A DNA stretch of 64,000 bases from a virus: the IMG/VR virus record IMGVR_UViG_3300027791_000007, positions 32,001 to 96,000 of that record; one strand, 5' to 3'. How positions within the stretch are numbered: the stretch's first letter is position 1; each line of letters begins with the position of its first letter. The notes under the pieces are model-generated. The model made no database searches and was not told the origin of the DNA. It was given only the letters and a program-made list of their open reading frames with translations. Below, in pieces: positions 46,578-56,608 of the stretch. The position numbers and the translations under genes are program-made.

Positions 46578-47821
46578 TTATCCCATGCCTTTATAGCGGT
46601 AAAGTTGTTAAACGAGAACTCCATTCTGTCCACTAATTTAACTGCATTTCCACTAACTCTATCAATAGCAACATAACCTTCTGGGTTAGTTACTTTAAAT
46701 CCATTACTAGTCTTAATAAAGGTATTTGTTAATCCCTTTACACTATTTAGTTTATTCACAATTTCTGCTTTAGCATCAACTAGATAGTTCTGAAACTCTA
46801 GAGTTAAGGTTAATACGTTTGTAAATTTCTTGACTTCTCGTACATATTCTTTTTGCAAATTCTTGTATTTTTCTTTACCAGCAACCGACTTTACTTTATC
46901 AATATTCTTCTGCAATGCCATCTCTACATGTTTTGCATATCCTATAGCATGTTGTCTGGGGTTAGATATTGTCTCTCCAGCCCTAACTTTAGTATTATTA
47001 TATGTTTTTAATCCAGCACTAGCAAGTTGTCCAGTAAACAACTCTTGTAGTTTTAAAAACGATTTCAACTGGTTTGAATTAATCTTTTGAAAAGTCTTTC
47101 CAGTTTGTGACAGTAGAGCAGTTACTTTTTCTGTCTCTTTTGAATTAAATGTCGCACTTCCAGACACATCCTTATAGGTTGCATCATCCATCCACACAGA
47201 GGACGGTTTATTTAAACTTGATATGTTCGCACCAAATGATGCTTTCATTGATTGTAAATCACTTCCAGTATAAGTTGTATGCCAAACTACACCGATTTTT
47301 GATTTGTTTATTGTATTTCCTATGTCACTATCCACTGGTACTGCATATACAATAGTATTAGGCTGAAAAGTATAACACTTTTCGCCACCAATTGTTGTGG
47401 TGTCAACATCATCGGTGAACATGAGGTCTCCTTGAAGAACTCCTTTGATACCCAATTTAGAAAATTCTGTAAATGCAATCTTAAACTTAGAATTAAGAGC
47501 TCCAGATAATTTATCATCATCTATCTCCTTTATTGATTTGTATAGTTTTGGTTCAGCATTAAATACAGACTTCTTTGCAACAAAGAACTTATTATCAGAA
47601 GGGTCGATGCCAGAAAAGATTGCAGGCGCACCATCCCACTTAACAGTCATTGAAATAGATGAACGAGAGTTACCAGCAAGCATATCTCTTAATGAACGTA
47701 GGAAGTTAATTGCAGCTCTACCACCGTCAACTCCGTAGTTGAGAATTTCATCCTCTAGATGTTCTAGGTGTAAATTCTTACCACCCTTATCTTCTGTAAG
47801 TAGTTGATTAAATGTTTTCAT
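46574..47821 (-). CDS. DUF6267-like protein with ATP-dependent ligase motifs
   Basis: TVKWDG (motif I), QGDLMF (III), EGYV (IV), VKLVDR (V). Confidence 0.7.
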   Translation of the reverse strand: MKTFNQLLTEDKGGKNLHLEHLEDEILNYGVDGGRAAINFLRSLRDMLAGNSRSSISMTVKWDGAPAIFSGIDPSDNKFFVAKKSVFNAEPKLYKSIKEIDDDKLSGALNSKFKIAFTEFSKLGIKGVLQGDLMFTDDVDTTTIGGEKCYTFQPNTIVYAVPVDSDIGNTINKSKIGVVWHTTYTGSDLQSMKASFGANISSLNKPSSVWMDDATYKDVSGSATFNSKETEKVTALLSQTGKTFQKINSNQLKSFLKLQELFTGQLASAGLKTYNNTKVRAGETISNPRQHAIGYAKHVEMALQKNIDKVKSVAGKEKYKNLQKEYVREVKKFTNVLTLTLEFQNYLVDAKAEIVNKLNSVKGLTNTFIKTSNGFKVTNPEGYVAIDRVSGNAVKLVDRMEFSFNNFTAIKAWDK

Positions 47822-47957
47822 TTGGTATACGCCTTATAGCCTGTGCCAGTTTCTCTATTGTGCCACCTTTTATGCCAGGCCCAATTACTAATTCTACCAC
47901 ACTTAGTTTCTACCATACGATAGAATTTGTCAAGTACTTTTATTTTTAAACTTATCT

Positions 47958-49313
47958 TCATTTTTGTAATCCATTGTATTTTACAGCAAGACTGAATTGC
48001 CCCAACTTCTTCTGTCCAGCATTTCCAGACTTATTTGTTCTAATTGACATATTCATAGTTAACTTGTCTTGTCCAGATTTCAACTCTATAAACCAACTTT
48101 GTTTAGATGATTTACTAGAATATGCTTTAACAAACTGTACTTGTGGTAAAAATACTCCAAGGGCATCTTTGTCTGTTACTTCCTCATACTTGTCACCAAT
48201 TGCTTTGATAACTAAAGTAGGAACATCTGGAGCATCCCTCAATACTTCATGTCGAATATAATCTACGGTTTTCTCTTTATTCTTATTAAATAAGTCAATA
48301 ACACCATTTCTCATAATTTCTAGATACTGATTGTAATACAACTCATATTCTTTATTATTCTTTTGGTCAAATTTTCTTAAAGCATTAACAGTTTTAAGTG
48401 TGCCTGATCTTTGTCTATATTGATTTTCTGCTGGGAAATCTGGTATTTTTGAATATATTTGAGAATACACCGTTTTCATTAATGTATCATGTATTCTTTT
48501 TTCTTTGAATACATCAAAAATCTTTGTAGTATATGTGTTAAGTTGTGGTTCAGAAGTTTTCTTTCCACCAGCTTTTAAACTCACACCTAATATACTTTTA
48601 TCGGCATACATTAAAAACATATCGCCTGGGTGTCCACTTGGAACACCAGAAGGTTTTTGACGATATCCCCAAAATACACTTTGAATAGGTTTGTCGTTAT
48701 GTTGATCTGTTAAGAATTTTGTTATTGCAATTGCATTAGTCATCTTATCTTCAAACTTAGATGATGTATCTGCTTTATTAATTGTCTCTTGAGCGGCTTG
48801 TAAGTCTTTACTACCAATACATTTAAGACTTTTGATATCCATGTCTAATAGATATTTATGAAATGCTTGTGTGTCTCTAGGTGTATATTTTGTTTCAAAT
48901 GCAATACAAGGAAATAGTTCTGTTATACTTGCATTAAGGGTAGTTTCTGCCATACCACCAGAAATAGGTTTCACAAAGATACGAAACTTCTTACCTTCAT
49001 GTTCACCATCAATTGGGTCAACACTTGATTGAGCAGTTCCTAACTGTGCCTGAATACCAGCTTGATTAAGATTCCTTAGAATCTCATCTCTATCCGTTTC
49101 TCTATCTTTTGAACGAACAATTATTACATCTCTAGAAGTAGAAGATTGTCTCTCATTCTTCTCGAAATCAAGTCCTCTAAAAATATCTACTGGTAATGTT
49201 GTTTGTTCTGATAAGAAATACTCCTCCACCAAATCAAGTTTAGGTTTATATGTAGATGCTCTACGCCTAACTTGTTGAACGGATTTCTTTAGTAATGACA
49301 TCAGTTTCCCCAT
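47958..49313 (-). CDS. putative PD-(D/E)XK restriction-endonuclease-like protein
   Basis: E...HPGDMFL...GVSLK; late promoter directly upstream. Confidence 0.55.
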   Translation of the reverse strand: MGKLMSLLKKSVQQVRRRASTYKPKLDLVEEYFLSEQTTLPVDIFRGLDFEKNERQSSTSRDVIIVRSKDRETDRDEILRNLNQAGIQAQLGTAQSSVDPIDGEHEGKKFRIFVKPISGGMAETTLNASITELFPCIAFETKYTPRDTQAFHKYLLDMDIKSLKCIGSKDLQAAQETINKADTSSKFEDKMTNAIAITKFLTDQHNDKPIQSVFWGYRQKPSGVPSGHPGDMFLMYADKSILGVSLKAGGKKTSEPQLNTYTTKIFDVFKEKRIHDTLMKTVYSQIYSKIPDFPAENQYRQRSGTLKTVNALRKFDQKNNKEYELYYNQYLEIMRNGVIDLFNKNKEKTVDYIRHEVLRDAPDVPTLVIKAIGDKYEEVTDKDALGVFLPQVQFVKAYSSKSSKQSWFIELKSGQDKLTMNMSIRTNKSGNAGQKKLGQFSLAVKYNGLQK

Positions 49314-49332
49314 TTAAATATAGTTACATTGT

Positions 49333-49340
49333 TATTTATA
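49333..49340 (-). promoter_or_regulatory. late promoter TATAAATA
   Basis: Exact motif at the head of the late block. Confidence 0.75.
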
Positions 49341-49354
49341 AGAAACATTTAGTT

Positions 49355-49431
49355 TGGCCTGCTCGGTAGGAGTCGAACCTACGACCTATTGCTTAGAAGG
49401 CAATTGCTCTATCCAGCTGAGCTACGAGCAG
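49355..49431 (-). tRNA. tRNA-Arg(UCU) with encoded CCA
   Basis: CTGCTCG TAGCTCAGCTGGATAGAGC ATTGC-CTTCTAA-GCAAT ... GTAGG-TTCGACT-CCTAC CGAGCAG GCCA. Confidence 0.96.
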
Positions 49432-49440
49432 ATAACAAAC

Positions 49441-50865
49441 TTAAACTTTAAAGGTAGAAAATTTATCGTATTTTTGGTTCTGTCCTTTATCAAATATAGG
49501 TGTATCCTCGTCAATTTCTTGACCACTTTCCACTATGTCTTTCTGTTCGTTTAGATCAACATCACTTAGTTTCATCCTTGACCTATCAACACCTATCACA
49601 AACCTCTTGTTCATTGTAGGATCGTTGTATCGGTTCTTCAATTGTTTGACTACGATTTGGTTTAGTTCTTCAAGTTCTTCTGTAGAAATAAGCGCAAACA
49701 TGAAATCTGCTGTTGCAGGCAACCCAAACGATTCAGATGTATCCTCAAGCCCGACATCTGTTGAGGAGAATCCACTTCTTGTTGTCTGTGTTGCCGACAT
49801 GATTGGTAAATTATTCTCAACGGCAAGTCCTCTAAGTTCTTCTGCAACTGCTTTGATATACATGTAAGAATTGACATTCTGGGCTCCTTTAAACCTTGAC
49901 GATGCACATATATTTAGATAGTCTATAAATATAATATCTGGATTGAATGATTTCTTAATTGCAAGTTCTTTAATCAATCCTCTGAAATGAGCACTATTTG
50001 CACTTGCAGTAGGATATTCTTTAATAATTAACTTACCCTCTGTTTTACTTCGTATCTGTTCTACCTTATCCGTGAACATTGTCTTAGGTAAATCATGTAG
50101 TTCTTCCATAGTAACATTCATTAGGTTTGCATCAATACGTTCTGCAATACGTTCCTCTGCCATCTCTAAGGTGATGTATAATACATTCTTACCTTGTGAT
50201 AAACAGTTTGCAGCCATATGACACATAAACAAAGATTTACCAACACCAGTTCCAGCAAGACATATATTCAAAGTCTTTTGTGGTAAACCACCCTTTGTAA
50301 TCTTGTTAAAGAAGTCTAGGTCAAAAGGAATCTTAATTTCCTTCTTATGGTAAAACTCATATCTTGTTTCTCCATCGTCAAGATAATCGTGTCCTACAGA
50401 TTGGTCAAAACTTACAGCAAGAGCATCTCTCATTATTTCTGGAATTGCTTCTTGTGTTCTATCTCCATCTTTACCATCAATAATTGCAATACCGTCTACG
50501 ATTGCATTATATACTGCTTTATCTTTACAGAACTTTTCTGTAGTATTTACTAACCACTCTAAGTCCACTTCTGTTTCATTTAGATTCTGAATAAGAGCAA
50601 CAACTGATTTGTGTTCTGTATCAGTTAAGTCTCTTCTGTTTTCTAATTCAACTTCTAGAGAAACCTTAGTAGGGCGTTTTTTGTATTTGTCAACAAATTT
50701 GACAATTTCTTCAAATACAACTCTATCTTCTTTTAACTCAAAGTATTTTGGTTTGATGAAAGGAATAACCTTTCTACAAAAATCATCATTCGTTATTAGA
50801 TTCGATAATGTCGTTTTCTCGATTGTGTTGGTCAATTGTTCCATTATTATTTCCTGCTTGTTCAT
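49441..50865 (-). CDS. gp41: replicative helicase gp41
   Basis: LAGTGVGKS, ITLEMAEE, IDYLNIC, SATQTTR, SESFGLPATAD, KQLKNRY. Confidence 0.96.
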   Translation of the reverse strand: MNKQEIIMEQLTNTIEKTTLSNLITNDDFCRKVIPFIKPKYFELKEDRVVFEEIVKFVDKYKKRPTKVSLEVELENRRDLTDTEHKSVVALIQNLNETEVDLEWLVNTTEKFCKDKAVYNAIVDGIAIIDGKDGDRTQEAIPEIMRDALAVSFDQSVGHDYLDDGETRYEFYHKKEIKIPFDLDFFNKITKGGLPQKTLNICLAGTGVGKSLFMCHMAANCLSQGKNVLYITLEMAEERIAERIDANLMNVTMEELHDLPKTMFTDKVEQIRSKTEGKLIIKEYPTASANSAHFRGLIKELAIKKSFNPDIIFIDYLNICASSRFKGAQNVNSYMYIKAVAEELRGLAVENNLPIMSATQTTRSGFSSTDVGLEDTSESFGLPATADFMFALISTEELEELNQIVVKQLKNRYNDPTMNKRFVIGVDRSRMKLSDVDLNEQKDIVESGQEIDEDTPIFDKGQNQKYDKFSTFKV

Positions 50866-51148
50866 CTATAATTTCTACCAGTATGTCACCGATTTGTTTA
50901 AAAAACACTTCGTCAAACTGGGATTTGTCTAAACCATTATTATCTAATATATCATACTCGAAGCGAAAAGTCAAGTCTTTTTTTTCATCTGGTTCTCCTA
51001 AAGTCACTTTTCCGTATTTGTAAACTACACCTTTATACATTCCAGTATTAATACCAATACAAGTTGTGTCTGGATACTTTGGTGAGTTTAAGTAAACATA
51101 TCTCTTTTGATCAATTTTTATTTTTGCAGTTTCTTGTATATCAGACAT
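50786..51148 (-). CDS. hypothetical protein (gp40-like position)
   Basis: Between uvsX and gp41; GVVYKYGKV...F.YDI. Confidence 0.55.
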   Translation of the reverse strand: MSDIQETAKIKIDQKRYVYLNSPKYPDTTCIGINTGMYKGVVYKYGKVTLGEPDEKKDLTFRFEYDILDNNGLDKSQFDEVFFKQIGDILVEIIDEQAGNNNGTIDQHNRENDIIESNNE

Positions 51149-51689
51149 AATGTAAATAACTCCCCACGATATATTTTGGTGTGTCTATTGGTTTTTGTCC
51201 AGCATGTAACCAAGGCCACATTGGTGGAAATATAAGTAAAGAACCTTTCTTACATGGCGAACCTTTATTCATTAGGGGGAATGTTGTCATACCACCTACA
51301 TTGTCATCTAAGTACAAGAAGAATACTAAAAACCTTCTTGCATTTTCATAGTTGTTTACATCTACATGTGCTCTAAATTCATCTTTATCGTTTGGTAGAT
51401 ATCTTTTCATCCTCAAACCTTCAAGTCCATATTTATTAGGCCACATTTCTTTAGTAATACCAGCTTGCATTTTATAATCAGCAACTCTAGATAGAAGTAT
51501 TTTTTGAAGTTTTTCACTATCTTCTTTCCACTCATCATGCTCGTAAAGATGAATTTGTGTAAAGTCAGCAGTGCTTTGTTTAATATCTTCATAACAATTA
51601 CTACTCTTATCAAACTTTTCTTTTAGATAATTACAGTATTCTTCATCAATGACATTATCATGTCGTTTCACAAAACTCATCAAGTCCAT
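51141..51689 (-). CDS. 2OG-Fe(II) oxygenase (prolyl-4-hydroxylase-like)
   Basis: RMKRY, HVD, RFLVFFLYL, GG.T.F, FPP.WPWLH, KYI. Confidence 0.88.
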   Translation of the reverse strand: MDLMSFVKRHDNVIDEEYCNYLKEKFDKSSNCYEDIKQSTADFTQIHLYEHDEWKEDSEKLQKILLSRVADYKMQAGITKEMWPNKYGLEGLRMKRYLPNDKDEFRAHVDVNNYENARRFLVFFLYLDDNVGGMTTFPLMNKGSPCKKGSLLIFPPMWPWLHAGQKPIDTPKYIVGSYLHYV

Positions 51690-52204
51690 TATATCTTCCT
51701 AACTGTAAAATCTATAGCCATTCTTTTGTGGTCTGTTAGTATATCAGAAGCCGCATGTGGAATTGTAGAATCAAATAATGCAAAAGATGTTGGTTTGATA
51801 TAGTTAGAAACACCATCATGTGTAAAACCACCACCCCAACTTTCTTTCCAATCACTATTCACCACACCCAAGATTTTAATTACATTATCTTGTTTATTAT
51901 GGTCAGTGTGGATATTATCTTTTCGATTTTTATCCTTTATAGACAATCCACAAAAATATATTTCAGGCACAAAGAAATCTTTTCCTCCTGCTTCATATAT
52001 TTGTATTAACAACCCCATTGCAATACCAGCAAGTAGTGGATGTTTAGTGTCATCATTATCTATAATATCTAACTTTAGATGTTTTTCATCCAGCGATTTG
52101 CCCATTGGATATTTTAGATTCCAACTGTCATCGTTAGATGCAACATGTTTAATCATATCTAAGTAGAATGGACTACAACAATTATCTAAAATTTTAACCG
52201 CCAT
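51689..52204 (-). CDS. 2OG-Fe(II) oxygenase
   Basis: IHTD, W..SWGG, FDSTIPH, R. Confidence 0.8.
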   Translation of the reverse strand: MAVKILDNCCSPFYLDMIKHVASNDDSWNLKYPMGKSLDEKHLKLDIIDNDDTKHPLLAGIAMGLLIQIYEAGGKDFFVPEIYFCGLSIKDKNRKDNIHTDHNKQDNVIKILGVVNSDWKESWGGGFTHDGVSNYIKPTSFALFDSTIPHAASDILTDHKRMAIDFTVRKI

Positions 52205-53210
52205 ATTTAAACTCCTTTGAAGCAGCTTCTTCTAGTTTCTCCATAACTTCTTCTGTGAAATATTTCTCTGGATCACCTAAAACAGCTTTACCATATTGTT
52301 TTGTACCATCAGGCATTAAATACCTTGGCCCTTCTTTCTTGAAAACTTCATACTTTTCTGCAAGTTCAATCAATCCGTAATATTTATCTAGTCCAGTACT
52401 ATAACTCAATCTAACATCAACCATTTTGTTTTCAATAGTCAATCTTGATTTGTGATTCTTACAGTGAATAATATTACCGACAACATCTGTACCTTCTTTA
52501 TCTTTTCTTTTAGATAAGAAGATAATTGATGAGGCTGCATACTTCAATCCAGAACCACCACCCATTTCCTTAGTAGGAAACATAGAACCCATAGAGTCAT
52601 ATGTGTGATTTGTTACAATCATTGGGATACCAGCTTTACCAAGTTTCAAAGTCAACACTCTAAATGCAGCCTTAAGAACTTGTGCTCGTGTCATGTCTCT
52701 AGTTTCTTTTCCTGCTTCTGTATCCTCTACTTCCTTTGTAGTAGATAACATACCAAGTGAATCTAAACACATCATCATAGGACGTTTTACATCCACATCT
52801 TGCTGAGAAAATCTATCTGCAATTTTAATCGCTTGTGTTCTAAACTCTTGTACAGTAGTAACTGGCATCATAACCATCCTAGTTGGGTCAATACCCCTAT
52901 CAACTACCATCTGTTTAGTAATAGCACTTTCTGATTCAAAGTAAACTACACCACCATCTGGATTTGCATCCAAAAAGTTCTTTACCATTCCCATCAAAAA
53001 GAATGTCTTACCAGTTGCACTTTCACCAGCAAGAGCAGTAATTTTGTTTGCAGGCAATCCACCATACAAACTACCACTCAATAGTGCATTGAAAATGTAA
53101 CTACCAGTATCTACAAAGTTTTCTACGTCACCAGCGGCAACACCATCGGATACTAAATCAGCATACTCATTTCCAGTTATTTTAATTATGTCTTTTAAAA
53201 AATCATTCAT
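52194..53210 (-). CDS. uvsX: RecA-like recombinase UvsX
   Basis: [37 protein letters not shown]. Confidence 0.96.
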   Translation of the reverse strand: MNDFLKDIIKITGNEYADLVSDGVAAGDVENFVDTGSYIFNALLSGSLYGGLPANKITALAGESATGKTFFLMGMVKNFLDANPDGGVVYFESESAITKQMVVDRGIDPTRMVMMPVTTVQEFRTQAIKIADRFSQQDVDVKRPMMMCLDSLGMLSTTKEVEDTEAGKETRDMTRAQVLKAAFRVLTLKLGKAGIPMIVTNHTYDSMGSMFPTKEMGGGSGLKYAASSIIFLSKRKDKEGTDVVGNIIHCKNHKSRLTIENKMVDVRLSYSTGLDKYYGLIELAEKYEVFKKEGPRYLMPDGTKQYGKAVLGDPEKYFTEEVMEKLEEAASKEFKYGG

Positions 53211-53583
53211 AAATCACTCCTTCTAAATTAGGTTCTTCATAATTTGGGCCTTTCATGACCTTACCATCTTTTCGATACATGGGTTGACCATCTTCACCTA
53301 ATTTTGTCATATTAGATCGTTGAACCTCATCAAAACATTTGTCTAAGTCTAATCCAAATGTATGTCCAGCACCATAAACGACATATAAAATATCAGTTAA
53401 TGCATCTGCCACATCTACAAGTGTACCACTTTCGCAAGCTTCTTCTAGTTCATTCAGTTCTTCTCGTATTAAATCAATCCTCAAATCCACTTCTTCATCT
53501 GTTGGCCATTGAGGATTTTCTCGTATTTTCTGCTTGAAAGCAGACATAAAGTTTTCGACTTTGTTAAAGTTTGTTTGATTCAT
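53203..53583 (-). CDS. MazG-like NTP pyrophosphohydrolase
   Basis: [10 protein letters not shown]...[13 protein letters not shown]...SNMTK...[10 protein letters not shown]. Confidence 0.88.
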   Translation of the reverse strand: MNQTNFNKVENFMSAFKQKIRENPQWPTDEEVDLRIDLIREELNELEEACESGTLVDVADALTDILYVVYGAGHTFGLDLDKCFDEVQRSNMTKLGEDGQPMYRKDGKVMKGPNYEEPNLEGVIYE

Positions 53584-53589
53584 TTGTAG

Positions 53590-53618
53590 ATCCTATCATA
53601 ATTAGCGTTGTTTGTCAA
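53590..53618 (-). promoter_or_regulatory. sigma70-like promoter; leaderless mRNA
   Basis: TTGACA-17-TAGGAT, then 6 nt, then ATG. Confidence 0.6.
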
Positions 53619-54421
53619 GTAAAAAATTCACTTAATGTTGCAACTCCGTGTTTGTCTGCAACTTTATTTACATTACTAGAGTTGTGGTTTGTTACAGTAC
53701 CATCTATAAATGGTAGTGTCTTTGTGAGAGTATATTTTTCTTCGCCTGGTTTCTTTATTTTCCATTGTAAATCAACATCTTTGGGATAATTGATATTCCA
53801 ATCCATAGTGGACTGTTTAAGATACTTCTTAGCCTTTTTATTTAGTGGGTAAATATATCTAAATTGTTTACCCCATACTCTACTAAATCCTAATTCACCC
53901 ATCTTCTTATCACTTGGTCTTGGGCCATACTTAGTATCCATACGATTCATTTCTTTTTTCATCTTTCTTTGGATAGTTCTGAAATGTACCTTTTCACCAG
54001 TTTCACTCAAATATATATCTGTCCAGATGAACCCACCAAATAAGAAGTTAGCGGCCTGATAAACATATCCTGGCTTACCAACAATTCCATCTGCCCATGT
54101 GTAAAGATATTTTATATTAGGTTTATTTTCTTTCAACCATTTAATAGTTAAACTCTGCATTTGTGATTCTGAATTTCTGGGCATCTTATCATCCATACAC
54201 ATCTTACCTATTTCAAAATAATCAGCAGTTGTTAACTCTGGAAACATCTTTCTTATTGTTCCCATAGGGTTCGTACCCCAACCCAAAGTTAGAACACCAA
54301 CCAATTCTTCATCTACATATGTACCAAGATAATGTTTAGTTAGTTTGGGCATCACAGCACTATAGTGTCGTTCTTGAACGAATAGTGTTGCAACTCTCCA
54401 ATCTATAGGTTTAATTATCAC
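53615..54421 (-). CDS. Mom-family (GNAT-fold) DNA modification protein
   Basis: ERHYS...LVGVLTLG...EIGKMC...NSES...TWADG..G.VYQAANF. Confidence 0.75.
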   Translation of the reverse strand: MIIKPIDWRVATLFVQERHYSAVMPKLTKHYLGTYVDEELVGVLTLGWGTNPMGTIRKMFPELTTADYFEIGKMCMDDKMPRNSESQMQSLTIKWLKENKPNIKYLYTWADGIVGKPGYVYQAANFLFGGFIWTDIYLSETGEKVHFRTIQRKMKKEMNRMDTKYGPRPSDKKMGELGFSRVWGKQFRYIYPLNKKAKKYLKQSTMDWNINYPKDVDLQWKIKKPGEEKYTLTKTLPFIDGTVTNHNSSNVNKVADKHGVATLSEFFT

Positions 54422-54861
54422 CCCTTATGTCTCCTCAAATAAGCGGCTCCCGCTTCTAAAACTTCTGGACGATCTAGTGAACGTCCTATCATAATATTAC
54501 AATAGTCACAGATATATTCTCTTGGTGTTTCAGTTTCATGGTCATGATCTAACACCCAAACAGTTTTTGATGTTGCAGACGATAATCCTTGAAATGCACC
54601 TCTACCTCTGATATATTCTTCATTGTCATTACAAATACCACACTTATGATCCGACTCTGGTTTAGCTATTTCTTTTCTAACTTTATTAAGAATTTTTGTT
54701 TGGTGATTATTACACACTTTACAAATATTCTTAGTTTCTCTTGAACCATCTTTTCTGTGTCCTCTGTTTGCAAAGAGGTCTAAATGTTTTACCTCTTTAC
54801 AAGAATAACACATCTTTGTATGCTCAACTTCTTCTGGGCCCCATAATGTTTGAATAATCAT
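54418..54861 (-). CDS. endonuclease VII-like (beta-beta-alpha-metal) nuclease
   Basis: CYSC...CKVC, CGIC, VLDHDHET...R.YICDYCN..IG. Confidence 0.8.
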   Translation of the reverse strand: MIIQTLWGPEEVEHTKMCYSCKEVKHLDLFANRGHRKDGSRETKNICKVCNNHQTKILNKVRKEIAKPESDHKCGICNDNEEYIRGRGAFQGLSSATSKTVWVLDHDHETETPREYICDYCNIMIGRSLDRPEVLEAGAAYLRRHKG

Positions 54862-55625
54862 ATTGGTAACTTTCCAACTTGACTATCTGTATACATTTTC
54901 TTCCACTTGATTTTAATCTTCTTGAAATCTCCACCCATAACATTCTCTTTAATGCCATTCCATGATACATGGTTAGGATACATCTCAATAAGTTTTGCAT
55001 GAGTATCATTAATTAAATCTAAAGTTCTCCATTCGTTACATCCACCCTCAACTAGAATCTTAGAAATATAACCAAACTCATCCCATATACGATTTGTATG
55101 TCCTTTTTCAAACAACTGTAATACCATATGAATATCTTCACATACTGGTAATGACCAATCTAGTTTTGTCTCATCAGGCATTTTATTACCATTGAAAAAG
55201 AAACCACAGTTTACAGCAGCGATATCAATAAATGGTTTTCCTGCTGGTGGTAGATTACCTTGACGAAAACCAGCGAAATCAACTTCATCTAACCATCGAC
55301 TAGTTTCTGATAACATATAATCCCAATCCTTAGCGTCCATAAATCTTTTAGATTTTTCTTTACCAGGCGTTCTACGAATGAATTTTAAGTCATCGTCAAA
55401 CACTCCGTATTTGATATTCATAGATTTCATATATATCCAGCGCCTAGTCTCCGTGATCCCAATATCATCATCAGGCAAAACCATTATGGGATAATTTGGG
55501 TATAAATGTTTTTCCTTCGGTTGCACTACAAGAGTAGTAATAGATTGTGTAGGGCCTGACAAATTATCAAAAGTAATTTGGTTGTGAGATCGGCCTAAGG
55601 TCGGTATATAAATCTGATCTATCAT
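54858..55625 (-). CDS. GT-A glycosyltransferase (TAGT/GREB1-like)
   Basis: IYIPTLGRS, GITETR.WI, VFDDDL, CEDIH, GGC...R. Confidence 0.8.
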   Translation of the reverse strand: MIDQIYIPTLGRSHNQITFDNLSGPTQSITTLVVQPKEKHLYPNYPIMVLPDDDIGITETRRWIYMKSMNIKYGVFDDDLKFIRRTPGKEKSKRFMDAKDWDYMLSETSRWLDEVDFAGFRQGNLPPAGKPFIDIAAVNCGFFFNGNKMPDETKLDWSLPVCEDIHMVLQLFEKGHTNRIWDEFGYISKILVEGGCNEWRTLDLINDTHAKLIEMYPNHVSWNGIKENVMGGDFKKIKIKWKKMYTDSQVGKLPI

Positions 55626-56608
55626 ATCGCAGTGTCCATTCTATTTGTAAATTCGTGATAGTAAGCGTCCAGAGATAACAATACTTGTTTGTAGTTGTTT
55701 CTATATTCTTCTAACTTACTGTTAAAGAAATCTTCATCTCTTAATTGTAAAATCTTTTCTTCTAGTTCTTCAAACTCTTGTACTCGTTGCCATTCATCAA
55801 TTCTGTATGTATTATTCTTATCATAGTCTCTCCATACAAATGGCACCATTCCAATTGAAAGTGCTTCTGGATACCTACTAGTTGTGGCATATGGGTCAAT
55901 CCAGTTAAAACAAAGTGTACTTCTTGCTGGTTCTAACATTGGATATAATTGTTTCCAATCTTTAATCCATGCGGCTTGTCGTTTTACCCCACTAGGAAAA
56001 CCACCCACCATTACAGTAGATAGTTGTGAACGATAGATTTTACGAATTGTTTTCTCTCTATCGTTACCATGTTTCATACGACCCCAGTAGGCCCAATCAA
56101 CAGTTTTACCTTCACTCATCATATCATAAAGAGGATTTTTTAAAGTCTGAATAAAATGATATTTCATACCGTGGATATTTCCACTAAAATCTATTTCATC
56201 TATCGTAGTAAATCTTGTAATTGTAGTACCCTTTAAAGTATGCACTCTATACAACTCTTCTGTGTCACCCCTATCTGAACGAAACATAATCACCTTTTTA
56301 TCTCTAAAGAACGGGCGAATAGTTTCCATATGACTTTCAGACTTTGCAAGGTCTTTTGGATTCATCTGTAACTCACCATGATACCTAAACTCTGAATCAC
56401 TAGGTATGACAATTACATCGGCCCACTCAATATTCTCTGGTGTTCGTTTGGGTCTACTTTCATCAAACGATACGTTATATGTTCTGTATTCATGTTGTGG
56501 GTTTGCTTTCATCCACTTGACATAGTTTTCAAAGAAACTATCTAGGACAGTTTCTAATGGGCCATTATACTTTACGTTACTTCGTAATCTTGCAATTGTT
56601 ATTTTCAT
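55622..56608 (-). CDS. DNA beta-glucosyltransferase-like (GT-B)
   Basis: DWAYWG...GNDRE, TTSRYPEAL....FVWRDYD and RVQEFEELEEKILQL parallel the T4 BGT C-terminal domain as I recall it. Confidence 0.65.
   Translation of the reverse strand: MKITIARLRSNVKYNGPLETVLDSFFENYVKWMKANPQHEYRTYNVSFDESRPKRTPENIEWADVIVIPSDSEFRYHGELQMNPKDLAKSESHMETIRPFFRDKKVIMFRSDRGDTEELYRVHTLKGTTITRFTTIDEIDFSGNIHGMKYHFIQTLKNPLYDMMSEGKTVDWAYWGRMKHGNDREKTIRKIYRSQLSTVMVGGFPSGVKRQAAWIKDWKQLYPMLEPARSTLCFNWIDPYATTSRYPEALSIGMVPFVWRDYDKNNTYRIDEWQRVQEFEELEEKILQLRDEDFFNSKLEEYRNNYKQVLLSLDAYYHEFTNRMDTAI

Noticed and set aside
47818-47935. TTGACA at ~47928 and a 32-aa ORF (MVETKCGRISNWAWHKRW...)
   Set aside because: There is no good -10 at 17 bp and the ORF has no SD; it is possible but unsupported.
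49354-49554. 66-aa plus-strand ORF MACSVGVEPTTYCLEG...
   Set aside because: It is the antisense reading of tRNA-Arg.
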